NCBI GenBank assembly: GCA_038896535.1
Contig: JAWACY010000001.1
Span: forward strand, 198,397 to 262,396
Length of the DNA stretch: 64,000 nt
Source: Candidatus Anstonellales archaeon
GTDB taxonomy: Archaea > Micrarchaeota > Micrarchaeia > Anstonellales > J096
Direction: 5' to 3'
A program made the translations under genes and the position numbers. The notes under the pieces were generated by a model. It did not search any database. It was given only the letters and a program-made list of their open reading frames with translations, and was not told the DNA's origin. Shown in pieces: positions 40,461 to 49,540 of the stretch (within the stretch, counting starts at the first letter, position 1; the number at the start of each line of letters is the position of its first letter).

Positions 40461-40862
40461 TTATAAATCCTGTATTCTATAAGGTGATAAGATCTTTTCT
40501 GCTTTTCTCTTTTTATTGACTGATAAAGATATAAGCGTATTTATGCCATCTCTACTTACTACATAGAGGTTCTTTATATTAATTTTATTTTTTGCAAGTA
40601 ATTCAGTAATCTTTGAAAGTTCTCCTGGCCTATCTTTCAATTTTATCATTATTGAATCTTCACTCATTACATTAAAGCCATTCTTTTTCAAAACCTGCAT
40701 TGCCTTTTTAAAATCTTTAACTGTCATTGATATAATTGCTTTTTTTCCTACTGTATGGCCAACAATATTCTCTATGTTTATTTTCTCTTTCCCCATTATA
40801 TAACTTATGTCATTAAGCAAACCTATCCTGTCGTTCTCAACTAATACTATTGTTTTTACCAT
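40461..40862 (-). CDS. ACT-domain protein (tandem ACT, small-molecule-binding regulator)
   Basis: Two beta-alpha-beta-beta-alpha-beta modules (IVLVENDRIGLLNDISYIM..., IMIKLKDRPGELSKITELL...) typical of ACT. Confidence 0.55.
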   Translation of the reverse strand: MVKTIVLVENDRIGLLNDISYIMGKEKINIENIVGHTVGKKAIISMTVKDFKKAMQVLKKNGFNVMSEDSIMIKLKDRPGELSKITELLAKNKINIKNLYVVSRDGINTLISLSVNKKRKAEKILSPYRIQDL

Positions 40863-40925
40863 TCTAACCCCCTATATTTATTTTTGCATAATATTTAATA
40901 ATATTTGCTTAATTATATGAGCCTT

Positions 40926-41465
40926 TTATATAAGGCCTTTGCTTGATAAAAGGCCAAGCGCTGCCTTTACTTCTCCATCAAGTGTTAATCTGGCACTGTT
41001 TAATACTGCATCAACAATATCAGCAGCATTGTATATATCTATGCCATAAACTGCCATATACCTAGCTCTATTTCTATAATCCCTGTCTAATACATATGCC
41101 TTTGCACTTTCTATTGGTATGCTGTCTCTTTTTGCTATTCTGTTTGCTCTTACTTCAAGAGGGGCATGTAAGAAAATTTTTAAATCTGCTTCAACATTCC
41201 ATATAGCAAGCCAGCTAGCCATTATGACATTTTGCTCCTTTGAAAACTGCTCCCTTATTTTTTCATCAAATAGCCTATCTACCCTGAAATCCTTTTGTGC
41301 TATTGATTCATATTCTGCCAGACTCATTTTTAATTGGGCAGCAATATCCTTAAATGAAGGAACCATTAATTTTACATCTAAGCCCCTATCCTTAATTGCG
41401 CTATGCAGTGCCTTTGCAAAAACAGTCTTTCCAGAACCAGCAAGGCCGGATATAGCAACTTTCAT
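40926..41465 (-). CDS. cmk: Cytidylate kinase, archaeal type
   Basis: P-loop ISGLAGSGKT, ~180 aa, and a LID region with RD..R residues, characteristic of archaeal CMP kinases. Confidence 0.85.
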   Translation of the reverse strand: MKVAISGLAGSGKTVFAKALHSAIKDRGLDVKLMVPSFKDIAAQLKMSLAEYESIAQKDFRVDRLFDEKIREQFSKEQNVIMASWLAIWNVEADLKIFLHAPLEVRANRIAKRDSIPIESAKAYVLDRDYRNRARYMAVYGIDIYNAADIVDAVLNSARLTLDGEVKAALGLLSSKGLI

Positions 41466-41495
41466 GAATATAAATGTAGGGCTTTATTTAAAAAC

Positions 41496-43064
41496 TTAAT
41501 GATTTGATTCAAAAAAGGCTTTGTTATAAGCATCTACGAATGCATTGATGCTTGCTTTTATTATATCTCTATCAACTGCTCTGCCAAAATATACTTTTCC
41601 ATTCTCATGTTCAAGCTTGATAAAAACTTCTCCCTCTGTATCTGTGCCTGAACCTATTGCATCTATTCTGAATTTAACAAGCTTTAAATCAGGTAGTTTT
41701 TTTAATGCCTTTTTTATTGCATCGATTGCTGCGTCTATGGGCCCCGTACCAATCCCGCTTGCTTCGTATATTTTTCCATTAAATAATAATTCCACTCTTG
41801 CTATTGGTTTTATATTATTGCCAGTCGTTACTAAAAATTCTTTTAATTCAAGCCCCCCTTGCTTTGTTTTTCCAGTTATGTTCTCTACAATGCTTAAAAC
41901 ATCTCTCTCTGTTATTGCATTGCCTTTATCAGCATATTCCTTTATCTTTCTCATTACAATTGCAAGTTCATTTTCATCCAGCATTACGCCGTATTTTTCA
42001 ACTATTGCTCTTATTGCATGAGCCCCAGAATGTTTTCCAATTATTATCGTTCTTTTATTGCCAACAAGCTCTGGTGAATATGGCTCATATGTTAATGCAT
42101 TGCCCATAACGCCATGTACATGTATTCCAGATTCATGAGAAAATGCATTTCTACCAACAACCGGAGCATTTGGCGGTATTGATATGCCAATATATTTTTC
42201 AACTATTTCGCTTACCCCCATTAGCATGTTTAGCTTTACTGTTTTTATGCCATAAAATGCATATAGGGATATAGCAACTTGTTCAAGAGAAGCATTTCCC
42301 CCCCTTTCTCCTATTCCATTTACTGTGCAATGCACTTGCATTGCCCCAGCTTCTACCCCTGCAAGAGAATTTGCAACAGCAAGGCCAAAATCATTATGAC
42401 AATGCATGCTTATCGGTTTTTTTATGTGCTTTCTTATATTGCTTATAAGCTCAAATGTTGCTCTTGGAGTCATGACCCCTACTGTATCTGGAACATTTAT
42501 TTTATCTGCTCCGGCATCACAAGCACTTTTATAAACATCTAACAAATAATCCAGCTCAGTTCTTGTTGCATCTTCACAAGAGAATTCACATTTTAATCCA
42601 AGTTCTTTTATGTGCTCAACTGCTTCCATTGCCTTTTTCTTTATCTCTTCTTTGCTCATTTTTAGCTTATACTCTCTGTGTAGCTTGCTAGTGCCTATAA
42701 ATGTATGTATCCATTTAACATTTGTTTTTGCAGCTTTATCTATATCTTGCTTCAATGCTCTTGTTAATGCCATAACATCACATTTAGTTGTTTCTGCAAT
42801 TTCTTTGACTGCATTGAATTCCCCCTCTGAGACAGATGGAAAACCTGCCTCAATGACATTAACCCCAAGTTTTTCGAGCCAATGTGCGATATCAAGCTTT
42901 TCATCTTTTGTTAATGATGCCCCCGGAGTCTGCTCCCCATCTCTAAGTGTTGTGTCTAATATTAAAACCTTGCCGGGCAAGTTTAAATGTTTTTTTGTAT
43001 CTTTTACATAATCACTTATAGCTATCTTGTTTCCTTCCCCTCTTTTCTTGTTCATAAATACCAC
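41496..43064 (-). CDS. leuA: 2-isopropylmalate synthase / (R)-citramalate synthase family (LeuA/CimA)
   Basis: TTLRDGEQ and HCHNDFGLAVANSLAG metal/substrate motifs, plus a C-terminal LeuA-dimer regulatory domain. 522 aa. Confidence 0.9.
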   Translation of the reverse strand: MVFMNKKRGEGNKIAISDYVKDTKKHLNLPGKVLILDTTLRDGEQTPGASLTKDEKLDIAHWLEKLGVNVIEAGFPSVSEGEFNAVKEIAETTKCDVMALTRALKQDIDKAAKTNVKWIHTFIGTSKLHREYKLKMSKEEIKKKAMEAVEHIKELGLKCEFSCEDATRTELDYLLDVYKSACDAGADKINVPDTVGVMTPRATFELISNIRKHIKKPISMHCHNDFGLAVANSLAGVEAGAMQVHCTVNGIGERGGNASLEQVAISLYAFYGIKTVKLNMLMGVSEIVEKYIGISIPPNAPVVGRNAFSHESGIHVHGVMGNALTYEPYSPELVGNKRTIIIGKHSGAHAIRAIVEKYGVMLDENELAIVMRKIKEYADKGNAITERDVLSIVENITGKTKQGGLELKEFLVTTGNNIKPIARVELLFNGKIYEASGIGTGPIDAAIDAIKKALKKLPDLKLVKFRIDAIGSGTDTEGEVFIKLEHENGKVYFGRAVDRDIIKASINAFVDAYNKAFFESNH

Positions 43065-43065
43065 C

Positions 43066-43707
43066 TCATTTACAATTTATTTTTTCTTTTATGCTTGCTT
43101 CATTCAATAAAGTGTCAAATTTTTTATCATCTATTATTAATGTAGGAGCGCTTGTTATATTATAATATGATACGATAACATTCAAAGGTGATAATCCCTT
43201 TACATCTATTGGAAAAGCAAAAACTGCTGCATTATCGCATTTTTCCCTTATTACATCAAGCACATTTCCCTGCACTTTACATTCCGGGCAATCCTTGAAT
43301 GCAACATAAAAAAATAGTATATTACTTAAATTTTGTTGACAAACCTCTTTATATTCCCTTGTTAATAGATAAAGCTTAAAATTTGTTAAATAATATAGAT
43401 TTCTTAATTCATTCGGGCTTATTAAAATGTTAATATTCTGGTCTTCAAGAGTGTTTCTAATCTTATTTGTTTCCTGCCATAACTCATAAACGGCGCTTTT
43501 TAATGCAACGCAATTTGCCTTATTTTTTGTGCTTTGTATGAAAAGGATTGTTGTTGAACTGCTGTCTATTGCAATATTGAGCTCATTTATTGTATCCCTT
43601 ATTTTATTTGTCCTATCTACCTCTATGTAGTAGCCTATGCCTATCGATATAATAAATAATATGAGCGCAACAGCAGCCCCTTTCCAATAAATGCTTTTAT
43701 CTACCAT
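43066..43707 (-). CDS. Membrane-anchored protein with a CxxC motif (possible thioredoxin-like/DsbA-like thiol-disulfide oxidoreductase)
   Basis: N-terminal TM (ALILFIISIGIGYYI). AFKDCPECK CxxC in the C-terminal half. Start overlaps the upstream GT2 stop, so probably co-transcribed. Confidence 0.35.
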   Translation of the reverse strand: MVDKSIYWKGAAVALILFIISIGIGYYIEVDRTNKIRDTINELNIAIDSSSTTILFIQSTKNKANCVALKSAVYELWQETNKIRNTLEDQNINILISPNELRNLYYLTNFKLYLLTREYKEVCQQNLSNILFFYVAFKDCPECKVQGNVLDVIREKCDNAAVFAFPIDVKGLSPLNVIVSYYNITSAPTLIIDDKKFDTLLNEASIKEKINCK

Positions 43708-45014
43708 TTGTAATCAGCCCTGCCAAGTTCTTGAAAAAAGCTTAAAAAATAAGCAAAGCTTATAAAGAGGCTATAAAGTATTGTTGCTAAGAATATAGTT
43801 ATAAAATCGAAAATTGTTATATTGTTTGCAGTTATTTTTTTACTTAAATATGCAACAAGGAAAAAAGGCAGCATAAAAACAATGGCTATATACAATGCAG
43901 AACTGCTTAAGATTGGCAAGGATTCTATGACAATGCCAATGTTAGATAATATACTGTAAAATAAAAAGAGCAAGCCCCAGAAAAACTGCTTTATTAAAAT
44001 TATGCTTGTTGCCATAATAACAGTTATAGCAGCAAATTCAGCAGTCAAGCTGAAAGGCAGCATAAATGTGCCGAAATCACCATATTTAGGATTAAAAAGC
44101 ATATAATGGTATTTTTTTAAATTCACAAGCTTTCCTCTATACCATCTCAATCTCTGCCTTAACAAACCTTTTACTGTTTCAGGAACTTCTGTATAAACAA
44201 CTGCATCTAAGGCATATTCTATTTTGTAATGGTATTTCCTTAACCTCCAGCCCATCTCTAAATCTTCTGTAATGTTGTTTTCATCAAAAAGGCCTATTTT
44301 ATCAAACACGCTTTTTTTAAACAATGTCATTGGCCCAGGAGTGACAAAAATTATGTTAAAATATTTACCTATTAATGCATAAAGACCAAAACCAATGGCA
44401 TATTCTAAGTCTTGGAATTTTTTTATTAATTTGTCTGGCCTTTCAACCTTTATAAGAACAGCAACTGCACCAACATCTTTATTATTGAATTTTTTTACAG
44501 CATTTATTAATGCATCCTTATCTAAATATGTATCTGAATCAATGCATGCTATGATCTCATTTTTTGCTGCTTTTATGCCAGTATTTAATGCCTTTGCCTT
44601 TCCTTGATTTTTACCCATTTCTATTACTTTTATGCCCATGTTTTTTGCTATCTTTACACTATCATCTGTTGAACCATCATCTACATATATTATTTCTTTT
44701 TTTGTTGGATAATAAGCATTTTTTATTGATTCTATGCATCTCTTTAGTGTTTTACCAGCATTATAGCCAGGCACTATTATTGATATTGGCTCATAGTTTT
44801 TGTTCAATCTTTCTTTTTCATTACTTATGCTGAGATAACCGACAATAAATACACATGTTAAAACAAGCAAAAAGAAGTTTGGCACAAGCATGACCCAGAA
44901 ATAACCAATACTCTCAATAGCAACCCAGAAAATTGATAATAGCAATATAAAGCCAATAAGAGCAATTGTCCTATATTTTACTTTATCCATATTTATTTTA
45001 TCAATATTGTGCAT
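43701..45014 (-). CDS. Family-2 glycosyltransferase, processive membrane-embedded synthase type (PgaC/NodC/chitin- or cellulose-synthase-like)
   Basis: GT-A motifs YVDDGSTDDS, DSDTY (DxD) and the processivity motif QRLRW (QxxRW). N-terminal and C-terminal TM helix bundles flank the catalytic domain. 437 aa. Confidence 0.8.
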   Translation of the reverse strand: MHNIDKINMDKVKYRTIALIGFILLLSIFWVAIESIGYFWVMLVPNFFLLVLTCVFIVGYLSISNEKERLNKNYEPISIIVPGYNAGKTLKRCIESIKNAYYPTKKEIIYVDDGSTDDSVKIAKNMGIKVIEMGKNQGKAKALNTGIKAAKNEIIACIDSDTYLDKDALINAVKKFNNKDVGAVAVLIKVERPDKLIKKFQDLEYAIGFGLYALIGKYFNIIFVTPGPMTLFKKSVFDKIGLFDENNITEDLEMGWRLRKYHYKIEYALDAVVYTEVPETVKGLLRQRLRWYRGKLVNLKKYHYMLFNPKYGDFGTFMLPFSLTAEFAAITVIMATSIILIKQFFWGLLFLFYSILSNIGIVIESLPILSSSALYIAIVFMLPFFLVAYLSKKITANNITIFDFITIFLATILYSLFISFAYFLSFFQELGRADYKW

Positions 45015-45064
45015 GTTTTCTTTTTAACGTAAGATTATTAAAAAGCTTTCTCTAAAATTGTTTA

Positions 45065-47233
45065 ATGGAAACAACATCATTTTCCTATCCCGCTGGATTT
45101 AATGAACCTACAAGCCAGCTATATCAATCATTTGATCCAAATAATAAAGACGATATAGAAAGAGAAAAAAAAGCAGCTAAGGATTATCCACTTATTCCAT
45201 CTTTAATGTTATCATTTTTGCCTGTTGTTGGGCCAGTAATAGATCTTATAAAGGCGTTAGAAGAAGGCAAATATTTGGAAGCATCTATGTATGCTGGTTT
45301 TCTTGTATCAGATTTATTTTTAGTTGGTTATGCTGCTAAATTACCCTTTAAATTTGCTATAAGATATTTGACTATTGATCAGATTGCTGATATATTTAGA
45401 CTTGGTTATAAAGCAATAAAAAAATTGAAGGAAGCAGGCAAAGCAGTTCCAAAAGAACTAGAGAGATTCTATAAATATTTACATGATCTCGGGGATATAA
45501 TTGCTGAAATGAAACAAGAGGGGGCAATGAGCCAAAAATTAAAAGAATACAGACGTGTTCTGGAAGAGATAAGAGGGGCTATTAAAATGCGGATAAAAGA
45601 AATGGGCCTTTATCATTATTTTGAAGCAAGAAGATTAGAAAAAGAAAAATTCTTAGAGAGCTTAAGAACATATATCGAACAAGAAATAAAAATTGGCGGT
45701 AATATATTAAAAGCATTGAAAGGCGACCAGAGAATAAGTGGTTATGCATTATTACTTGATAAAAGTGGTATGTGGAAATTAAATATGCTGTTGGGTAAGG
45801 CAGGGGGCGATATTGCTTTAGGTTTATATAATAGAGCTATTAAGGAAACAATAAAAGAGTTTGGGGAACTAATAAAAAAGGCAGAGATAAGTGAGGAAGA
45901 TATTTTGATAATTTATAAACCAGCAGGCGGAGATGAGTTTTATTTACATTTTTTATCAACAGATCCTTCAAAAGCAGAAAAAGCAGCAGCACTATTTGTT
46001 GAATTAGTAAAGGAAAAAATCCAAAAGGGAATAATAGAATTAGAAGCTTTGTTGCCACCTGGTTTAGCACATCAGTTAAAACAAAGTATTAATGAAATGC
46101 TAAATGGCTTAGCCTGGCATGGAAAGAGAGTTAATATTGAACCAAAGGGCAATGTAATAAAATTTTTTTCACCACATGGAGAGATAAGTGGCATACCAGA
46201 ATACCTTGGTGAAGTTGAATTTGAAAAATTGAGATCTAACCTGCCTGAAAAGATTGCTGACTTTTTTGATGGTTTTAGAAGGGCATTAAAAAGCGTAAAA
46301 GAAACAGTTCCATTGAATGTAGTTGATGTAGAAAAAGCGGTAAAAGCTTTGAAAGAAGGGAGTGCAAAGCTCATCAGGTTTGAGTTAATAATACCAAGTA
46401 AATTTTCACGACATTTTGATGCCTTAACAAGAGCAGCAGAGAAGGGCTATAGCGTTACATTTAATAGGGCTGGTCCAAGTGTTTTTAATTTACTTGGCCA
46501 TGATGTTACTGATACGATAAGGGATTTATATATTAAATCATTAAAGGAAGCTGCCAAGGAAATTGGTGTAGATATAGAAATTAGTGCAATAGATGGAAAA
46601 GGCCCATTTACCCTACTTGTTAAACTGTCTGATGAAAAAAAATTAAATGAATTAATGGAAAGAGCCAGAAGAATATTTGAAAGCTATGAAAATATTTCTC
46701 GTTATAGATTTAGGTTATCACAAGAAGCAGTCAGTAGGTTTGAAGATTTAAGCAGTCCAATAAAAAAGGTATATGAAGAAATAAACAAAGTCTCATCAGA
46801 AAATCCTACAATAAAGAGGCGAATAAATGAATGGACAACAAGATTGGGAGTACGTGAAAATGAAGCCTTAGAAAGGATGTTTAATACTTCATTAATTCTT
46901 ATTAAAACCCATTATGATAAATTTAGTAATTTAATAGGCCGTATGAATATTCCATATGAATTGAAAAAAGCAATAAAAGAGTTTGCAGAAGATAAAAGGG
47001 CAAGAAGCCTTGAAGATTTTTCTAGTATTCTAGAAAAGTACAAGCAAACAGGCGAATTTATTAGGTTGTTATTCACAAGAGAAGTTTCATTGCTACTTTT
47101 GGAGTTTTTATATAACCCAGAAAGATTTAGTGAAAAAGAAAAACAACCAAAACAACCAAAAACATTGGGTAGGGGTGATTTTGGGCAGCCAACTACTGAA
47201 TATATGCCACCCCCAGAAAGGTTGAAAAAATAA
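45065..47233 (+). CDS. GGDEF (diguanylate-cyclase-like nucleotidyl cyclase) domain protein with a long C-terminal uncharacterised region
   Basis: Residues ~225-300 are collinear with the GGDEF consensus: ALLLDKSGMWKLNMLLGKAGGDIAL (cf. LLLDIDHFKxINDxyGHxxGDxVL) and IIYKPAGGDEFYLHF (cf. RYGGEEFavll). The I-site RxxD is degenerate (SEED). Confidence 0.6.
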   Translation: METTSFSYPAGFNEPTSQLYQSFDPNNKDDIEREKKAAKDYPLIPSLMLSFLPVVGPVIDLIKALEEGKYLEASMYAGFLVSDLFLVGYAAKLPFKFAIRYLTIDQIADIFRLGYKAIKKLKEAGKAVPKELERFYKYLHDLGDIIAEMKQEGAMSQKLKEYRRVLEEIRGAIKMRIKEMGLYHYFEARRLEKEKFLESLRTYIEQEIKIGGNILKALKGDQRISGYALLLDKSGMWKLNMLLGKAGGDIALGLYNRAIKETIKEFGELIKKAEISEEDILIIYKPAGGDEFYLHFLSTDPSKAEKAAALFVELVKEKIQKGIIELEALLPPGLAHQLKQSINEMLNGLAWHGKRVNIEPKGNVIKFFSPHGEISGIPEYLGEVEFEKLRSNLPEKIADFFDGFRRALKSVKETVPLNVVDVEKAVKALKEGSAKLIRFELIIPSKFSRHFDALTRAAEKGYSVTFNRAGPSVFNLLGHDVTDTIRDLYIKSLKEAAKEIGVDIEISAIDGKGPFTLLVKLSDEKKLNELMERARRIFESYENISRYRFRLSQEAVSRFEDLSSPIKKVYEEINKVSSENPTIKRRINEWTTRLGVRENEALERMFNTSLILIKTHYDKFSNLIGRMNIPYELKKAIKEFAEDKRARSLEDFSSILEKYKQTGEFIRLLFTREVSLLLLEFLYNPERFSEKEKQPKQPKTLGRGDFGQPTTEYMPPPERLKK

Positions 47234-47244
47234 TATAAAATTTG

Positions 47245-48120
47245 TTAATTAACTTCACACATAATGAAATTACCAAATCTTACTATTTTAACATTTCCAC
47301 CAAGTTCTTTAATTCTTTTATAATCATTTTGCCTTCTTTTTTTATCTAGGATATGTGCTATCTCAAATGCTTTTTTCAACTCCTCATTGTTTAGGCAGGG
47401 ATTAAATTTCTGTTCTTCAAGCCCATCCAGCCCATCTAAATTTTTTGTTAATCTAGAGATGAACAACTCAAATAATTTTGTTGCATATCCAGTTATGTAA
47501 TATTTTGATATCCAATTAGCTATTATCCTTGCAGTTTCTCTTTCATTTTTATCCTTTATACTTTCAACCATATCATTTATTTCATCTGGATGTTTACCGT
47601 TTAAATCTTGGCTCTCATAAATTCTGTAAGCAACAAATAGAATATTATAATAGCCAGCACTCTTTATTTTTTCTTTAAATTCTAATAACCATTCAAATTC
47701 TTTAACCAAAGAGTTAATTTTTCCAATCACTTGTTTTTTACTTTCTTCTTTGCCTGATTTTTCTAATTTGTATAGTAATTCTTTTACTTTTATCTCAAGA
47801 GCAGCTATAATACTTAAATCTTTATCATCTACTAATTTTGATACGTTGTTTAGTAAATTTTCTTTTAAATGTCCATAATTATCTAAGTCCAATTTTTCAA
47901 ATATCTTTTCAAGTGCCATTCTTATATTGGCAGAGAATAACTTTATTTTTCCCTCCTTCTCATGTCCTTCGTAATCCCAGTAAAAGAACAAATAATGGAG
48001 TTTATTCTCTATAAATTCTAAATCTCTATTTAAAAAATCACTAATAAAAGGCGGCAGTTCTAAGCCCAGCAATTTATCTGGATAATCTGGTGGGTTAATG
48101 TTTCTTATGTTGGCTTCCAT
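47245..48120 (-). CDS. Hypothetical alpha-helical protein, 291 aa, convergent with the GGDEF gene
   Basis: ORF with no recognisable motif. 11-nt gap to the GGDEF gene stop on the opposite strand. Confidence 0.45.
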   Translation of the reverse strand: MEANIRNINPPDYPDKLLGLELPPFISDFLNRDLEFIENKLHYLFFYWDYEGHEKEGKIKLFSANIRMALEKIFEKLDLDNYGHLKENLLNNVSKLVDDKDLSIIAALEIKVKELLYKLEKSGKEESKKQVIGKINSLVKEFEWLLEFKEKIKSAGYYNILFVAYRIYESQDLNGKHPDEINDMVESIKDKNERETARIIANWISKYYITGYATKLFELFISRLTKNLDGLDGLEEQKFNPCLNNEELKKAFEIAHILDKKRRQNDYKRIKELGGNVKIVRFGNFIMCEVN

Positions 48121-48246
48121 ATTAATATATTGGTAGAAACATTTTTATATTATTACTACTGATAAAAATTTATGATTTAACTTTAATTTTAATTAGTCGA
48201 AATGTCGTGGGGATTATTTTTATATCTTTACATTTATTAATTCAGC

Positions 48247-49410
48247 ATGAGAAGAGTTGCTATAATAGGGGCAGGCATATCAAAGTTTGGCGAGAGATGG
48301 GACAAAGGATTAAGAGACCTTGCTCTTGAAGCTGGTATTTCTGCCTTAGAAGATGCTGGAATAAAAGGCGAGCAGATAGATGCTGGTTATGTTGGGAATA
48401 TGGCTGGAGGAGCATTTGCTGGGCAGGAACACATCGGCAGTTTGTTAGCAGATTACTTGGGTTTGAATCCAATACCAATTACAAGGGTTGAAGCAGCATG
48501 TGCATCTGGGGGCGTTGCATTGAGACAGGGTTATTTAGCAGTAGCATCAGGATTGCATGACATAGTTATTGTTGGTGGCGTTGAGAAAATGACAGATTTA
48601 TCAACAGAGCAAACAGCTGAAATACTTGGCAGTGCAGGTGATCAAGAATGGGAACTTTTTATGGGAGCAACATTTCCAGCAATATATGCAATGATGGCAA
48701 GGGCATACATGCATAAATTTAATGCCAAGCAAGAGCATTTAGCAGCAGTTGCAGTTAAAAACCATAGGCATGCAAAGAATGTTCCTTATGCACATTTTAG
48801 AAATGAGATAACAATTGAAGATGTCTTAAAATCAAAAGAAGTCAGTTACCCTTTAAAAGTGCTTGACTGCTCCCCAATAACAGACGGGGCAGCAGCTTTA
48901 GTATTGTGCCCTTATGACATGGCATCAAGCTTTACAAAAAAGCCAGTAGAAATAATAGCCAGCGCACAAGCAACTGATACAATAGGATTGCATTCAAGGC
49001 AGAGCTTTTATGAGATAAGAGCTACAAAAATAGCAAGCGAAAAAGCATATAAGCAAGCAAAAATAAGACCAAAAGATATAAATGTTGCAGAAGTGCATGA
49101 TTGCTTTACAATTGCAGAGATCATGGCAATAGAGGATTTAGGATTTTTTGAAAAGGGGCAAGGTTATAAAGCTGCGTATGAGGGCATAAGTAGTATAGAC
49201 GGGGAAATGCCAATAAATACAAGCGGCGGTTTAAAAGCAGCTGGCCATCCTGTAGGAGCAACAGGCATAAAGCAAGCAGTTGAAATAACACTGCAATTGC
49301 AAAAAAGGGCTGACGGAAGGCAGGTAAAAAATGCAGAGATAGGGCTTTGCCATAATGTTGGAGGCTCTGGTGGAACTGCTGTTGTGCATATAATGAAATC
49401 TGCATATTAA
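48247..49410 (+). CDS. Thiolase (acetyl-CoA C-acetyltransferase, archaeal type)
   Basis: N-terminal VAIIGAGISKFGE, active-site Cys region (EAACASGG) and C-terminal GHPVGATG / NVGGSGG blocks typical of archaeal thiolases. 387 aa. Confidence 0.9.
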   Translation: MRRVAIIGAGISKFGERWDKGLRDLALEAGISALEDAGIKGEQIDAGYVGNMAGGAFAGQEHIGSLLADYLGLNPIPITRVEAACASGGVALRQGYLAVASGLHDIVIVGGVEKMTDLSTEQTAEILGSAGDQEWELFMGATFPAIYAMMARAYMHKFNAKQEHLAAVAVKNHRHAKNVPYAHFRNEITIEDVLKSKEVSYPLKVLDCSPITDGAAALVLCPYDMASSFTKKPVEIIASAQATDTIGLHSRQSFYEIRATKIASEKAYKQAKIRPKDINVAEVHDCFTIAEIMAIEDLGFFEKGQGYKAAYEGISSIDGEMPINTSGGLKAAGHPVGATGIKQAVEITLQLQKRADGRQVKNAEIGLCHNVGGSGGTAVVHIMKSAY

Positions 49411-49540
49411 TAAAATCATGTATACTTGCTAATTTTTATTTCCTTTTTTTATAGGAAGAGTAATGGCATTAATGATTTAAGTAAATTAGTGGGTAAACAT
49501 ATAAGTAAAAATTAAAAATTGAAGACACAATATTAATATT

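Noticed and set aside
45065-47233. Possibility that the GGDEF-like protein is a Cas10/type III CRISPR polymerase
   Set aside because: There is no HD nuclease motif and no second palm domain. The motif is GGDEF rather than GGDD and lies in the N-terminal third. No cas or csm/cmr genes and no CRISPR array are nearby.
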